DNA of 64,000 bases, taken from Oculina patagonica. Its lineage: Eukaryota. Position numbers and translations under genes: made by a program. This document shows positions 24,401 to 36,431 of the stretch, piece by piece (position 1 is the stretch's first letter; every line of letters starts with the position of its first letter). The stretch spans positions 24,118,001 through 24,182,000 of the forward strand of contig NC_135766.1 in the NCBI RefSeq assembly GCF_052425735.1, read 5' to 3'. Below the pieces are notes generated by a model that saw only the letters and a program-made list of their open reading frames with translations, did no database searches and was not told where the DNA came from.

Positions 24401-24881
24401 TTATTCAATGAGATGCAAAAGAGTGGCCGGGTATATGGCCATAATATGGATATGGATATTTCATAATTTCAGTTACAACTTCACCTTATGTAAAAGTTTG
24501 TAGAACAGAGTGAACTTGGTCATATAAAAGCGAAAATGTATGAGTTTAGTTAAAGCTTTTAGGGTCAAGGTTATGTGTATCACTGTAATAAGTTAGAATG
24601 AATTATAAAGCACATTTTGAAATCCCTGAAATAATATCTATGCTTTACGAAGTAATCACTGCCTCCTGCATGAAGTTTACGCCCTCAAACGCCGTCGAAG
24701 AGTCAATTCGAATTCAAACTGGACCGCCATTTTGTTTTGGCTTCTCTGAAAAGTCACGTGACAAAAATCTCCAAGATTTTTGGAGATTTTGTACCACGTG
24801 ACCCAGCCTTTGCCAGGGTCTTCTCTCGACGAGCCGCCATTTTGAAAACTCGTCGCCGAGAAGGCCCTGGGGACGAGGTTG
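21408..24881. mobile_element. 3.47-kb non-autonomous TIR transposon with 9-bp TSD, nested in a related MITE (21182-24899)
   Basis: 26-bp perfect TIR CAACCTCGTCCCCAGGGCCTTCTCGG, TSD GCTCTGGGG (21399-21407, 24882-24890); no transposase ORF seen. Confidence 0.88.
22644..23000. mobile_element. MITE, 8-bp TSD, nested
   Basis: TIRs CCCAG..GGGGTACT..TTTCAAGTGACGGGGATGAT / ATCATCCCCGTCACTTGAAA..AGTACCCCCTGGG; TSD CTGTTTGC. Confidence 0.85.
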
Positions 24882-25044
24882 GCTCTGGGGAGGAGAATGC
24901 CTCGATTTCAGGATGACACTCGACCCATGCCGTCGCAAATAAAACTTGTTCCAGGCCTTCGCAGTAAATTGCTATTTGGCTCGAACATTTGGCTCTTCTT
25001 GGCAGCAACAATGGTAAAAGGATGCAGTCTTGAGTATTAAAGAC

Positions 25045-28000
25045 ATGAATTCTGCAACTTCAAGCGAGCGCCTTGTGAATTCCAAGTTCGCAAGTTACCA
25101 TTCAGACGAGGAAGCAGAGTCTTCGACAGCAGTCAATGTCGGAACTCGTGTGGTTTCTGAGGAAACTGCCGGGTCTTGGCTGGTGGACTCGGCAACTCTT
25201 CGTGCTGAAACCAAAAGCGAAATTCCGGAAGGTTTCAAGAAACGACGTCGTTTGATTAAAAAGTCTGGCGAGCTCAAAGTTCTAGCCAAGAATGTTCCTC
25301 GCAAGACTAGACTGTACCTTGCGGATATATTCACGACCATGATAGATCTACGCTGGAAATGGGTTATACTCATATTTTGCGCCTCCTACATTATGGCATG
25401 GACGCTGTTTGGTTTTATTTGGTGGCTTATAGCTTATCTGAGGGGCTCAACAGTTTGCGTTTGGAAGGTATGGTTATTATCATTACTGAGAAAAGGCCTT
25501 GGCTACCCCAATCCCTCCACCACCAGCCTCCCCCCCCCCCCTCCCCCCACATACACATACAGGGCTTGTTTTCATCCAAGGAAACTCACTACCCCAAGAA
25601 AGCATTGCAGAACTGTTTTATATAATCCCTTTTTCATGCCTGTATACCTTGCACTGAAAATGTTTTCCTTACTCTCCTCTAGACTAAGATAAGAGCACTT
25701 GGCTGCACCCTCCCTCCCCCTTTCCCATGCCCTCCCATATTACCCTTTTGTGGAAGAGGGAGCAAGGATGGTGCTGTGGTGAGAGCGCTTGCCTCTCACC
25801 AGTGTGGCCCGGGTTTAATTCCAGACCCAGCATCATATGTGGGTTGAGTTTGTTGTTGGTTCTCTTCCTTAATTGCTCCGAGGGTTTTTCTCCTTCCACA
25901 AAAACTAACACTGCTAAATTCCGTTTCGATCTGAAATCAGTGGGATTGGAAAAGCCACTATGTGGAAGATGCCACTGTAAATTACCATTATTATTATTAC
26001 ATACACACAAACAAAAGGGTTGTGTGTTTACAAAGGAAATAAAAAAGGCCTCAAGAAAGCATGGGGGCACCTGTTAATAACTTGCAGAGGTGACTTGGAA
26101 CACTATGTGAAAGATTGGTAAAGATTTGTCACTAATTTCTGAAATTTCTGAAGATGTTTGGAGCACCATAATGTATCTGCATAATTTTTCTGAAGACTGC
26201 TAAAAACACTCCACTCCTTTCTAAGGTAAAGGTTAAGCCTGCTATTGAGCCAGGTGGCTCATCAGGCCAGAGCTTATCCCAGTTTCTGTAGCATTAGGTG
26301 GCTAGGAGTATTTCTACTCCCCACTGGTTGGGATGCTAGTCCATCGCAGGGTTACCCTCCAGCAGTAAATTCGCCAGTACCCATTTATACGCCTGGATGG
26401 AGAGAGGCACTATGAGACTAAAGTGTCTTGCCTAAGAACACAACGCAGTGCACCGGCCAGGTCTCGAACCCAGATTGCTCAATCTGGAGCCTGGCGTACT
26501 AACCATTAGGTCACCGCACCTTCAAAATACTTTCTAATAACCGTTACAACTACTTTCTTAAGGTTATTATAATTTACAAATTTGTCTGAAAGTTGTTTGA
26601 TAATTTTGCCAGACCAGTGTGCAGAAGGTCATAGTTTCAACTCGTGTTTGAAGAGCTTGAAATTTTTTTCTAATTAGGAAGGGTCACTGGGTTATTAACA
26701 AAAACAAAAGGTTGAATTTTATTCATTGTTGCCATAAAATGATTTATAATAAAGATAAGATGTTCTACATGACACGAGCATGGGACAAAGAAAAATTCTG
26801 AGTCCCCGACGGGAATCGAACCCATGGCCTCCCAGATACCGGTTGGGCGCTCTAACCAACTGAGCTACGTGAGACTCGTTATGATCGAAAAATTGTCCGG
26901 ACTTCATGTCCAACCACACTTGGGATTTTGTCAGACATGAGAAAACTTTGGTCGGCCAATGTCCGATGACCGACTGTTATTTGCAGCCCTGTGCGCAGTG
27001 CCTCTCTCCACCCAAGTGTATAAATGGGTACCGGCAATAAAATGCTGGGAGGGTACCCTGCGATTGACTAGCAGCCCATTCAGGGGGGAGTAGAAATATT
27101 CCTAGTCGTTCAAGCTACTGAAACCAGGATAAGGTCTGGCCTAGTGGGCCACTAGGCTTGAATACAGATTTTTTCCTACAAATGAATACAACATGTATGC
27201 ATGTTCTACAGCCAAGTGTGCAACAGCTTTCTAGCCTTCTGATTGACAGTACAGTTGAATCTTGATAACTCAAACCTTTAAGGGATAACCAAATCAAAAA
27301 AGTTTTAAGTTTGTTAGTTTGAAATATCGAGGGTAAAGTAAAAAAATAACCTGAAAGGGAATTTAAGAAGGTTTGAGTTAGTGGAAGGCTTAGGCTTTCG
27401 GGGGTTTGAGTCAACTTGATTCCACTGGATTCTTTATGGCATAAGGACAAAACCTGTACAACCCATTCCAAGCCAAAAACAATGCCATAAAATACCAGTT
27501 ATAAGCCTCCTGATAATAAGCCCATTATTGCTATATTAAAAATATTCTGGCTTTAACCTCCCTGACATAAGCCCTCCTCCATGCATACTTCAAGTTTGCT
27601 AGTAGAGTGCAGATCAAAACGTTTATCTCATCAGAGCTTTGAATTCATTTCTTGTCAACACATTTTTATGCTGCTTAAAAGCCCTTCCCCCTCCCTCCCC
27701 CCAGAAATTAAACTACCCCAATTATAATTTTGTTAAAAACCTCTTATGAATGTCAGTGGTTTCATTAAGTGCCAGACACCGGGCAAATTGACCGGCTTTT
27801 AGCATGACGTTGCCTGGTGGTTTTCAACCCTGGGCTTTCAACACAATTTTAATCATAAAGAATATATGCATCCATATGCCTGGGTGCCAAATTTTGATGC
27901 CCTCCTGGAATGTATAAGCCCAGCATTATTTTAATAACCAGCATTTTACAGTATCTCTATTTCAGAGTGACCAGTCATTTAGCTTATGCAGTTTTTCCTA

Positions 28001-29463
28001 CAACACAACCAGATTCATGTACAGACTCAGTACTTGTTTCATGTTCGCATGGGTTAACAAGTTCACTAAGTTATATCCTGGTAATCGCATTGATATTCTG
28101 TAGGGTTTGTGTGCTTGCAGGCTCTTTTTCTCTCCACTGGCTGGTTGTTATGTGGTTAATTCAGAGGAGATTTTTTATTTGAGCTGTTGTTACATCAAGC
28201 TTCCCTTGCGAATTGTAGCCATTATGTAGGTCGTCACGCGATGCTTCTTCGAAAGAAGCGATTGTGTCAAGTTGTGTAGCGCAACGCATCTCACCACGGC
28301 GCGAAAGTTTCGTGACTCTAGTCGCGCATGACTCATCGCGCGCGACTCATGTTGCGTGACTCAAATCGCGCGATTGGCGTGACTACCCAAGTAGCAGCTA
28401 TGAGAGACTATTCTCACCAAGTGACATACAGATGACCTAGCTCCACAGAGTTCCTTATCAGTTGCGCGCGAAAAACCCATAAACAAGCAAAAGCCAATCA
28501 GTGACACTACACGGTTCTCGCGTGTAGCGCGCGTGTAGCGCGTGTGTAGCGCGTGAAGAGACAGCCTGCTTTCTTAGACTAGCGGTATAAGCGAAACGGC
28601 CTCTCCTATACGAATTTACTTTTTGAGAGAGAAAGGAACAGATAATAATCTAGTATTCCTTACATTGAAAAAGACTTTGCCTTTTATTCGTCTTACAGGT
28701 TAACAACTGGACATCTGCATTCCTTTTTTCTGTGGAAACTCAGGAAACCATTGGCTATGGCCAGAAAGCAATAACGACTAAATGCCCTGAGGCCGTCATA
28801 GCCCTGCAGCTTCAGTCGCTCGTGGGGTTACTTATCGATGCCTTCATGCTGGGTCTAACATTTGCCAAACTATCAAGACCTCGAGAGCGCATGAGGACGG
28901 TGATGTTCTCAGATTACGCGGTTATAGCGCCAAGAGATGGGAAAATGTGCCTGATGTTTAGAGTAGGAGACGTGAGAAAGAGCCAAATAGTCGACGCATC
29001 TGTGCGCATTCAACTCTTTAGAACGTGGACTACTAAAGAAGGTAAAGAAATCCCCTTTTACCAAGAAGACCTTAAGGTGTGTTACGACTGGCGTTACCCT
29101 GACAACGACTTCAGGAACCAACTCTTCTTGCTGTTGCCCATGGTGATAATTCACGTGATCGACGAGAATAGCCCCTTTTATGACGTCACACCGCAGACAC
29201 TGCAAGAGTCAGAATTTGAAATTGTGGTGGTGCTTGATGGCGTGGTGGAAGCGACAGGTTTAAACACACAACCCAGATCTTCCTACTTAAATAGCGAAAT
29301 TTTGTGGGGTTATGATTTCTGTAACACTCTGGAGAAATCTCAGTTCAGTGAAAATGGTTTCTTCAATGCTGATTTCTCCAGGTTTAATGACTTGCATGTT
29401 GTGGATACGCCAAGGTGTTCACCAAGAGAGTATTACACACGACAACAGCAAGCACAAACCTAG
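25045..29463 (+). CDS. Kir channel C, join(25045..25467,28699..29463), 395 aa
   Basis: Exon 1 ADIFTTMIDLRWKW..CVWK then GTATGG; acceptor TCTTACAG; exon 2 VNNWTSAFLFSVETQETIGYGQK..; intron at the same position and phase as in Kir B. Confidence 0.93.
25757..25992 (+). mobile_element. tRNA-derived SINE (second copy ~52360-52510)
   Basis: GGAGCAAGGATGGTGCTGTGGTGAGAGC A-box-like head, GGGTTGAGTTTGTTGTTGGTTCT core, (ATT)n tail. Confidence 0.6.
26225..26520 (-). mobile_element. tRNA-derived SINE; family also at ~26995-27160, 33463-33705, 46909-47280, 53870-54070, 56895-57050
   Basis: Minus-strand head with CCTAATGGTTAG and GGTTCGAGACC boxes; shared core GGGATGCTAGTCCATCGCAGGGTTACCC and GTGTCTTGCCCAAGAACAC. 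Confidence 0.75.
26761..26880 (-). mobile_element. tRNA-like SINE head
   Basis: Minus strand GTAGCTCAGTTGGTTAGAGC (A box) and GGTTCGATTCCCG (B box); no proper acceptor stem. Confidence 0.7.
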
Positions 29464-29585
29464 AAATTTAAAGACTTTTTGATTTTCTTTTTGTCGTCGT
29501 AGTAAGCTAAACCTTGAGAGAGAACTAGGTTCCTTTCAGTCTGTCAAAATCGTTATGAGCCCGCGGTCATCGTGAATCTCATACA

Positions 29586-29655
29586 GTTGCTAGGCAACGT
29601 GAAGAACTTACATGACGTCATGACTTTCCGATTGGTCTCGCTATGTTTTGATTGG
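29586..29655 (+). promoter_or_regulatory. Candidate promoter: RFX X-box, CRE and two inverted CCAAT boxes
   Basis: GTTGCTAGGCAAC 29586-29598, TGACGTCA 29613-29620, ATTGG 29631 and 29651. Confidence 0.5.
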
Positions 29656-31304
29656 ATGTCTTCGAAAGATCTGAAAGATTCTCCGCAATTTCCCGACAAA
29701 GGCACTTGCTCTGCAAAATAATGAGCAAAGATTTGAGTGTAAGCTACTTTATTTTAAATTTGTCACTGTGGTATGCACATTTGTATTAGTTTAACGACGC
29801 TTATCGTTCCGTACAGTGAATGTGTTTTGTTTTAAAATGGCAAAGACCAGAGTTACATCGCGTTAGCTAAGCTATTCACTAAGAACATTTCATTTCTTGT
29901 CTTCATTCAGTGGTCGTTCAAAGGTTTACGAAAAGTGCCAGATTCACAGAACAGCGAAGATTTATGCGTGGTCTGCAAAAAGGTCAAAAGCAGGAGGGCA
30001 AAATGTAGCAAACGCTCCTTCCCTTTTATACCATGGGCCGTCCGCTTTTTTCTCCGTTTACCGTCGTCCAAATGACCCATATTTTGGCGTTTTCCAATAA
30101 ATAAAAGCCTCATGGATGCTGGCAGATCGCAAAAAAGCGTTGGTGGTTCATCTCTTTTTTGCTTTTCTCAGTTGATAAACATCGATTTTTTCCTCCTCCA
30201 TTGCTGATTTTGTAACCATGTTTCGTAATTTCCAGCCTCCATTGTGATGATGCTTGCGAACCGGGCCTCCTATTCCAATAAAATGCCCCTTATTTTTGAC
30301 ATATTTTTCAGGATTTTTTTAAAATGTGACCGACCGACCCAAAATTAGGAAACGCGTTCGACGGTTAACGGAGAAAAAAGGGGGATGACCATGCTGTTCC
30401 GTACATTTGAGTAACACATTTCAGCTTTTTTGATTTTTTATAAAATCGCCATTACACGACAATAATAGTTTTTTTTTTCAGTTATTTTTGATATTGGAAT
30501 TTATGGCCATTGAAAATATATATTGGCCTTCATATATTATGAAGGTTGTTCTTATCCGTGTCAGTTTTCCACAGTCTTAACTATTCTTCCCTTCTGGTTT
30601 ATATTACGTTTTTTTGTTTTTGTAACCATAGTAAACTAGAATTGTGAAGCTTCCTAAACCTTCCTTCCTTCAATTTGAAGGTATCTGGTAAGCCGCGAAA
30701 AATTACTAATACTTGTCATACAGTAGCCTCTTTAAACTAGTAGGCATTTGTAAATACATTGTGAACCAGACTCATTTTGGAAATGTTGGAAATAGATAGT
30801 TATAATACTTTATTTATTAAAACAAATATGAAACAACTGCAGAGGAAAAATAATCGAACTTAAAGCTAAGATTGTGAAATGAGAATGAGAAAATGAAAAG
30901 TTGAATTAAAATATCTTCTGTTTTGACTTCAGTGTTGTTAGATCTATTCAACACAAGGCAGGAGAGACTCGCATGTCTGTGTCTTGAAAGAAGTTAGAAA
31001 TTCAATACCCCCTCCCTCCCCACTCCTCTTCCCGGTGATGTTGTCAAGATGACTTATAACATTTATAGCGGTGGCTCAGTGACAGTTTCAATAGCGAAGC
31101 GCGCGAGGTCTAAAAATAAAATGCAAATGATTACCGTAGAATTCCGGTTATAAGCCCTGGGCTTATACAACTTCGTAAGGGGTTTTCGGTGGGCTTATAA
31201 ACGGAGGGGCTTATATCCGGGAGGGCTTATAAGCGGAAGGAAAAAAAAAACGTTTCAAAACGAGCCACGGGAGTGTTGATGACAATACGTTTTTAAGTTA
31301 AAAA

Positions 31305-32904
31305 GTTACGACTGGCGTTACCCTGACAACGACTTCAGGAACCAACTCTTCTTGCTGTTGCCCATGGTGATAATTCACGTGATCGACGAGAATAGCCCCT
31401 TTTATGACGTCACACCGCAGACACTGCAAGAGTCAGAATTTGAAATTGTGGTGGTGCTTGATGGCGTGGTGGAAGCGACAGGTTTAAACACACAACCCAG
31501 ATCTTCCTACTTAAATAGTGAAATTTTGTGGGGTTATGATTTCTGTAACACTCTGGAGAAATCTCAGTTCAGTGAAAATGGTTTCTTCAATGCTGATTTC
31601 TCCAGGTTTAATGACTTGCATGTTGTGGATACGCCAAGGTGTTCACCAAGAGAGTATTACACACGACAACAGCAAGCACAAACCTAGAAATTTAAAGACT
31701 TTTTGATTTTCTTTTTGTCGTCGTAGTAAGCTAAACCTTGAGAGAGAACTAGGTTCCTTTCAGTCTGTCAAAATCGTTATGAGCCCGCGGTCATCGTGAA
31801 TCTCATACAGTTGCTAGGCAACGTGAAGAACTTACATGACGTCATGACTTTCCGATTGGTCTCGCTATGTTTTGTTTGGATGTCTTCGAAAGATCTGAAA
31901 GATTCTCCGCAATTTCCCGACAAAGGCACTTGCTCTGCAAAATAATGAGCAAAGATTTGAGTGTAAGCTACTTTATTTTAAATTTGTCACTGTGGTATGC
32001 ACATTTGTATTAGTTTAACGACGCTTATCGTTCCGTACAGTGAATGTGTTTTGTTTTAAAATGGCAAAGACCAGAGTTACATCGCGTTAGCTAAGCTATT
32101 CACTAAGAACATTTCATTTCTTGTCTTCATTCAGTGGTCGTTCAAAGGTTTACGAAAAGTGCCAGATTCACAGAACAGCGAAGATTTATGCGTGGTCTGC
32201 AAAAAGGTCAAAAGCAGGAGGGCAAAATGTAGCAAACGCTCCTTCCCTTTTATACCATGGGCCGTCCGCTTTTTTCTCCGTTTACCGTCGTCCAAATGAC
32301 CCATATTTTGGCGTTTTCCAATAAATAAAAGCCTCATGGATGCTGGCAGATCGCAAAAAAGCGTTGGTGGTTCATCTCTTTTTTGCTTTTCTCAGTTGAT
32401 AAACATCGATTTTTTCCTCCTCCATTGCTGATTTTGTAACCATGTTTCGTAATTTCCAGCCTCCATTGTGATGATGCTTGCGAACCGGGCCTCCTATTCC
32501 AATAAAATGCCCCTTATTTTTGACATATTTTTCAGGATTTTTTTAAAATGTGACCGACCGACCCAAAATTAGGAAACGCGTTCGACGGTTAACGGAGAAA
32601 AAAGGGGGATGACCATGCTGTTCCGTACATTTGAGTAACACATTTCAGCTTTTTTGATTTTTTATAAAATCGCCATTACACGACAATAATAGTTTTTTTT
32701 TTCAGTTATTTTTGATATTGGAATTTATGGCCATTGAAAATATATATTGGCCTTCATATATTATGAAGGTTGTTCTTATCCGTGTCAGTTTTCCACAGTC
32801 TTAACTATTCTTCCCTTCTGGTTTATATTACGTTTTTTTGTTTTTGTAACCATAGTAAACTAGAATTGTGAAGCTTCCTAAACCTTCCTTCCTTCAATTT
32901 GAAG
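31305..32904 (+). pseudogene. Near-identical direct duplicate of 29081-30680 (3' half of Kir C exon 2 plus downstream DNA); possible assembly artefact
   Basis: Constant offset of 2224 bp, only ~2 SNPs seen, no pore or TM region, runs into the N-gap. Confidence 0.85.
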
Positions 32905-33404
32905 NNNNNNNNNNNNNNNNNNNNNNNNNNNNNNNNNNNNNNNNNNNNNNNNNNNNNNNNNNNNNNNNNNNNNNNNNNNNNNNNNNNNNNNNNNNNNNNN
33001 NNNNNNNNNNNNNNNNNNNNNNNNNNNNNNNNNNNNNNNNNNNNNNNNNNNNNNNNNNNNNNNNNNNNNNNNNNNNNNNNNNNNNNNNNNNNNNNNNNNN
33101 NNNNNNNNNNNNNNNNNNNNNNNNNNNNNNNNNNNNNNNNNNNNNNNNNNNNNNNNNNNNNNNNNNNNNNNNNNNNNNNNNNNNNNNNNNNNNNNNNNNN
33201 NNNNNNNNNNNNNNNNNNNNNNNNNNNNNNNNNNNNNNNNNNNNNNNNNNNNNNNNNNNNNNNNNNNNNNNNNNNNNNNNNNNNNNNNNNNNNNNNNNNN
33301 NNNNNNNNNNNNNNNNNNNNNNNNNNNNNNNNNNNNNNNNNNNNNNNNNNNNNNNNNNNNNNNNNNNNNNNNNNNNNNNNNNNNNNNNNNNNNNNNNNNN
33401 NNNN
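32905..33404. other. Assembly gap (500 N)
   Basis: Run of N. Confidence 1.
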
Positions 33405-33753
33405 TCCGCCTTTTAGCCACTTGGTAAAATATTAAAATAAATTATAAAATTATTAAGAGAAGCCTTGAGCCAAGTGACCCATACTGCCGGAGCTTATCTA
33501 CTCCCCCTGGATGGGATGCTAGTCCATTGCAGAGTACCCCCCAGCATTATTTTGTCGGTAGCCATTTATGTAACTGGGTGGAGAGAGGCGCTATGAGGGT
33601 CAAGTGTCTTGCCCAAGAACACAACACAGTCACCCCAACCGGGACTCAAACCCAGACCATTCAATCCGAAGTCCAGCATGTTAACCATTAAGCCACCATG
33701 CCTCCCAAAAATATTGAATAGTCAGCTTATATCCTTGCTATTCATGACTGTAG

Positions 33754-34978
33754 GGATGCAAAGGACACCTAATTGACAGCATCATCAATTTCCGTGACAA
33801 TCTTGAGGAAGAGATTTTTAGTACTGCTCAGGAGCATGCTGCCAGATGTGACCTGATGCTGTGTCTGGGTACGACAATGACTGTCAGTCCTGCTAATGAA
33901 CTAGTGGAGATGGGTAAACAGCCCCTGAGAATTGTGGTTTGCAATAGGTGAGATCATTTGGATTAACCACTGAATATGAACTAGTTTGTTAATTGAAGCC
34001 TTCTGGGAAAGAAAGGGCCTGTTTGTGTGAAGAAAAGTTGTTCATTCTAGAAGGGCAACCCTCATCCCATGAGCAATCTATTGACAAGCATTTTATGAGA
34101 ACGAGGACTAGCCAAAAATAGACCCTCCCAGTTTCATACATGCCCTGTATGTTCAAAATTGTCCCTGGTATTCAAGTCAAAATGGCCAAGTGTTTACATT
34201 GAAAACAAAAATAATGGCTAACCCTCCAGGGTCACCCTATCTTCAAAGTGAGTGTCCTTCCCTGCCCCAAGACAGCTTTGCTATTTTTTCATATACCGGT
34301 AAACAGTTGGCAGCTATTTATAAAGAAACGCATGAAAAGCTCTCTCACCCGTGGAGGCTCAGTATGGAAGGTAATCTTTCTACCAAAGACAACTTTCCTC
34401 CATAAAAACAGGCCCTGACCCCTAAAATCTGAAATGCAAAAAGCCCTCTCATAACACATTAGGATACAGGTTGCATTTGTTGACACCATGAATTTTTACA
34501 CCAACTTTAAATGAGCAGAAGTGTACTTTTTTACTGTGGCTCTTGGAGCATGTTGCTTAGCGAATTCAGTGCTTTCAATAAGTACAGACAGCCAATGAAA
34601 AGCAATGGCTGCTTAACTTCACTCTACTTCCCTTAGAGAAGTTGGCTAACTTTTACCTTACACTGAAGTAATTAAGATTGTTTCAAATAGTTACTCGACT
34701 CAAACCAGCTGCCTACTTCAAATTATTTTTATTGCCTGTGAATTAATGAGTAAAATGCAACATTGCATTCATTTTGCAGGCAAAAAACAGACGTGGACAA
34801 ACTGTGTGTTACTCAGGATGCAAGAGGGAAACAGCTAGGGTCCAGGGTGTTTGGAGACTGTGACAATCTCATGTCACAGGTAATGCGGCATTTGATGAGC
34901 CATGATGCCTTGCAGGAGTGGGAGAAAGAACGAACTGTCCGGATGAGGGAATACGACCAACGGAGGACAAAGAGCTAA
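33754..34978 (+). CDS. 3' exons of a class IV (SIRT6/SIRT7-like) sirtuin, join(33754..33947,34780..34978); 5' part missing
   Basis: GCKGHLIDSIINFRDNL..CDLMLCLGTTMTVSPANEL..IVVCNRQKTDVDK..VFGDCDNLMSQVMRHL matches the Sir2 C-terminal Rossmann half; canonical splice sites, phase-2 junction in frame. Confidence 0.8.
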
Positions 34979-36431
34979 TCGTTAAATTAGAATTCGGACC
35001 AAAAATCTAGTTTATTTATTATTTAGCATCAGTGCTGAGTGTAGCTTACTTTTAAATACATAACTTTCTTGTTTTTATATATAATATATTTAACCTAGTC
35101 ATGCTAAACCACAATAAATTATTACAATTATTATTGCAGTGCAAGAAATAGCATCATTAAAGCCATATTACACACTAGCACCATACTGCACAGTAGTACA
35201 GCCGTTTCCCTGCACCATTAGGGAAGCATTTTTGTTTATTTGGGAGTTGTTTTCAGGGGGGTTTTTATAGGGGGGTCCTGAATATAACTGGTGCTGACAT
35301 GGATGGCCTGATTAACCAAACTACTGATTCTCTGTATAAAGTGGGAGTGCATACACATTTCAAACTGACTTTTGTATTTTGGCAGTTTGAAACAAACATT
35401 GATGTCATAAACACTATCAGTCTGATCGCTACTCCATTTTATCATTAAAACTTGCAGTAATGTATGTCTATAAACATTATAATGTTGTACATAGTATAGA
35501 TATTTCAGTGTACATGTATGTTATCAATAAAAGATTGAAACTTTTATACCGGTAATTATTCACTTTGTCTTTAAAGATAGTGATTATATGATTCCTGTCC
35601 CTAAAATTTGGGTTGTAAATTACAATATTTTTATGTTAATAAGTTAATACTTTGATCCTACTACCTATCATACAAACCTCTAAACATTTTTCAGTTCAAT
35701 CCTAAGTCAGATTCTTCTTACCAAGTTACAGTGTCATTATAGTTCTATGATATCACCAAATGAACTCTGAAGATGTTTCATCAAGATGATACCCTCTTGT
35801 GGATAAATGCCTTTATTACATCAGCTGTTGGCTTAACAACGTATAGATATTAACTTTACTGTGCCTTTCAATTACACGCAAACTTTGAAGTTCAAAACCA
35901 AAGACTGAGGTTTTTTGCTGCTGTCAATCATAATTAGGATGGTAAGAAATAAATAATTTAAGGTCAGGAACAAAGAAACTGCATCGAAATCTACCAATCA
36001 CAACTGACCGACGTGACTGGTTGAAGTGAGCTTCTGTTTCCAGAGAAGTCTGCTACAGAAGATTACCGATGGCAGCAAAAAACAGGGACTGTACCTTTTT
36101 TCACAAACAATTTTCCAGGACTCGGATTGATTTTTCCTAGACTCCAAAATTCACATTAACCCTTTCAATCCCAAGATCTCAATATTATTTTTCCTTACTG
36201 TCTGCCTTACATTTCTTATGCTAGTTCTGAGAATTCTGGTGTTACTTGAGTTTAACAAATTTCCAGAACTTTCCAGGACCGGTAGTCTTTTTCCAGGACT
36301 TTCCAGTCCTCAGGAAAGTGCCACGATAAAATTCCAGAACTTTCCAGGACCCGTACGAACCCTGAAAAATGCAACCATCAATTGGGAAGGGCTTGCATAT
36401 TATTAAATTGTGCAGTAAACACACATTGATT

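Noticed and set aside
26800-26875. Possible tRNA gene (also 58915-58984)
   Set aside because: A and B boxes are present, but there is no 7-bp acceptor stem and a SINE body follows.
32868-33435. Long ORFs of 178-267 aa containing X runs (also 48478-49373 and 55066-55869)
   Set aside because: Artefacts of translating N-gaps.
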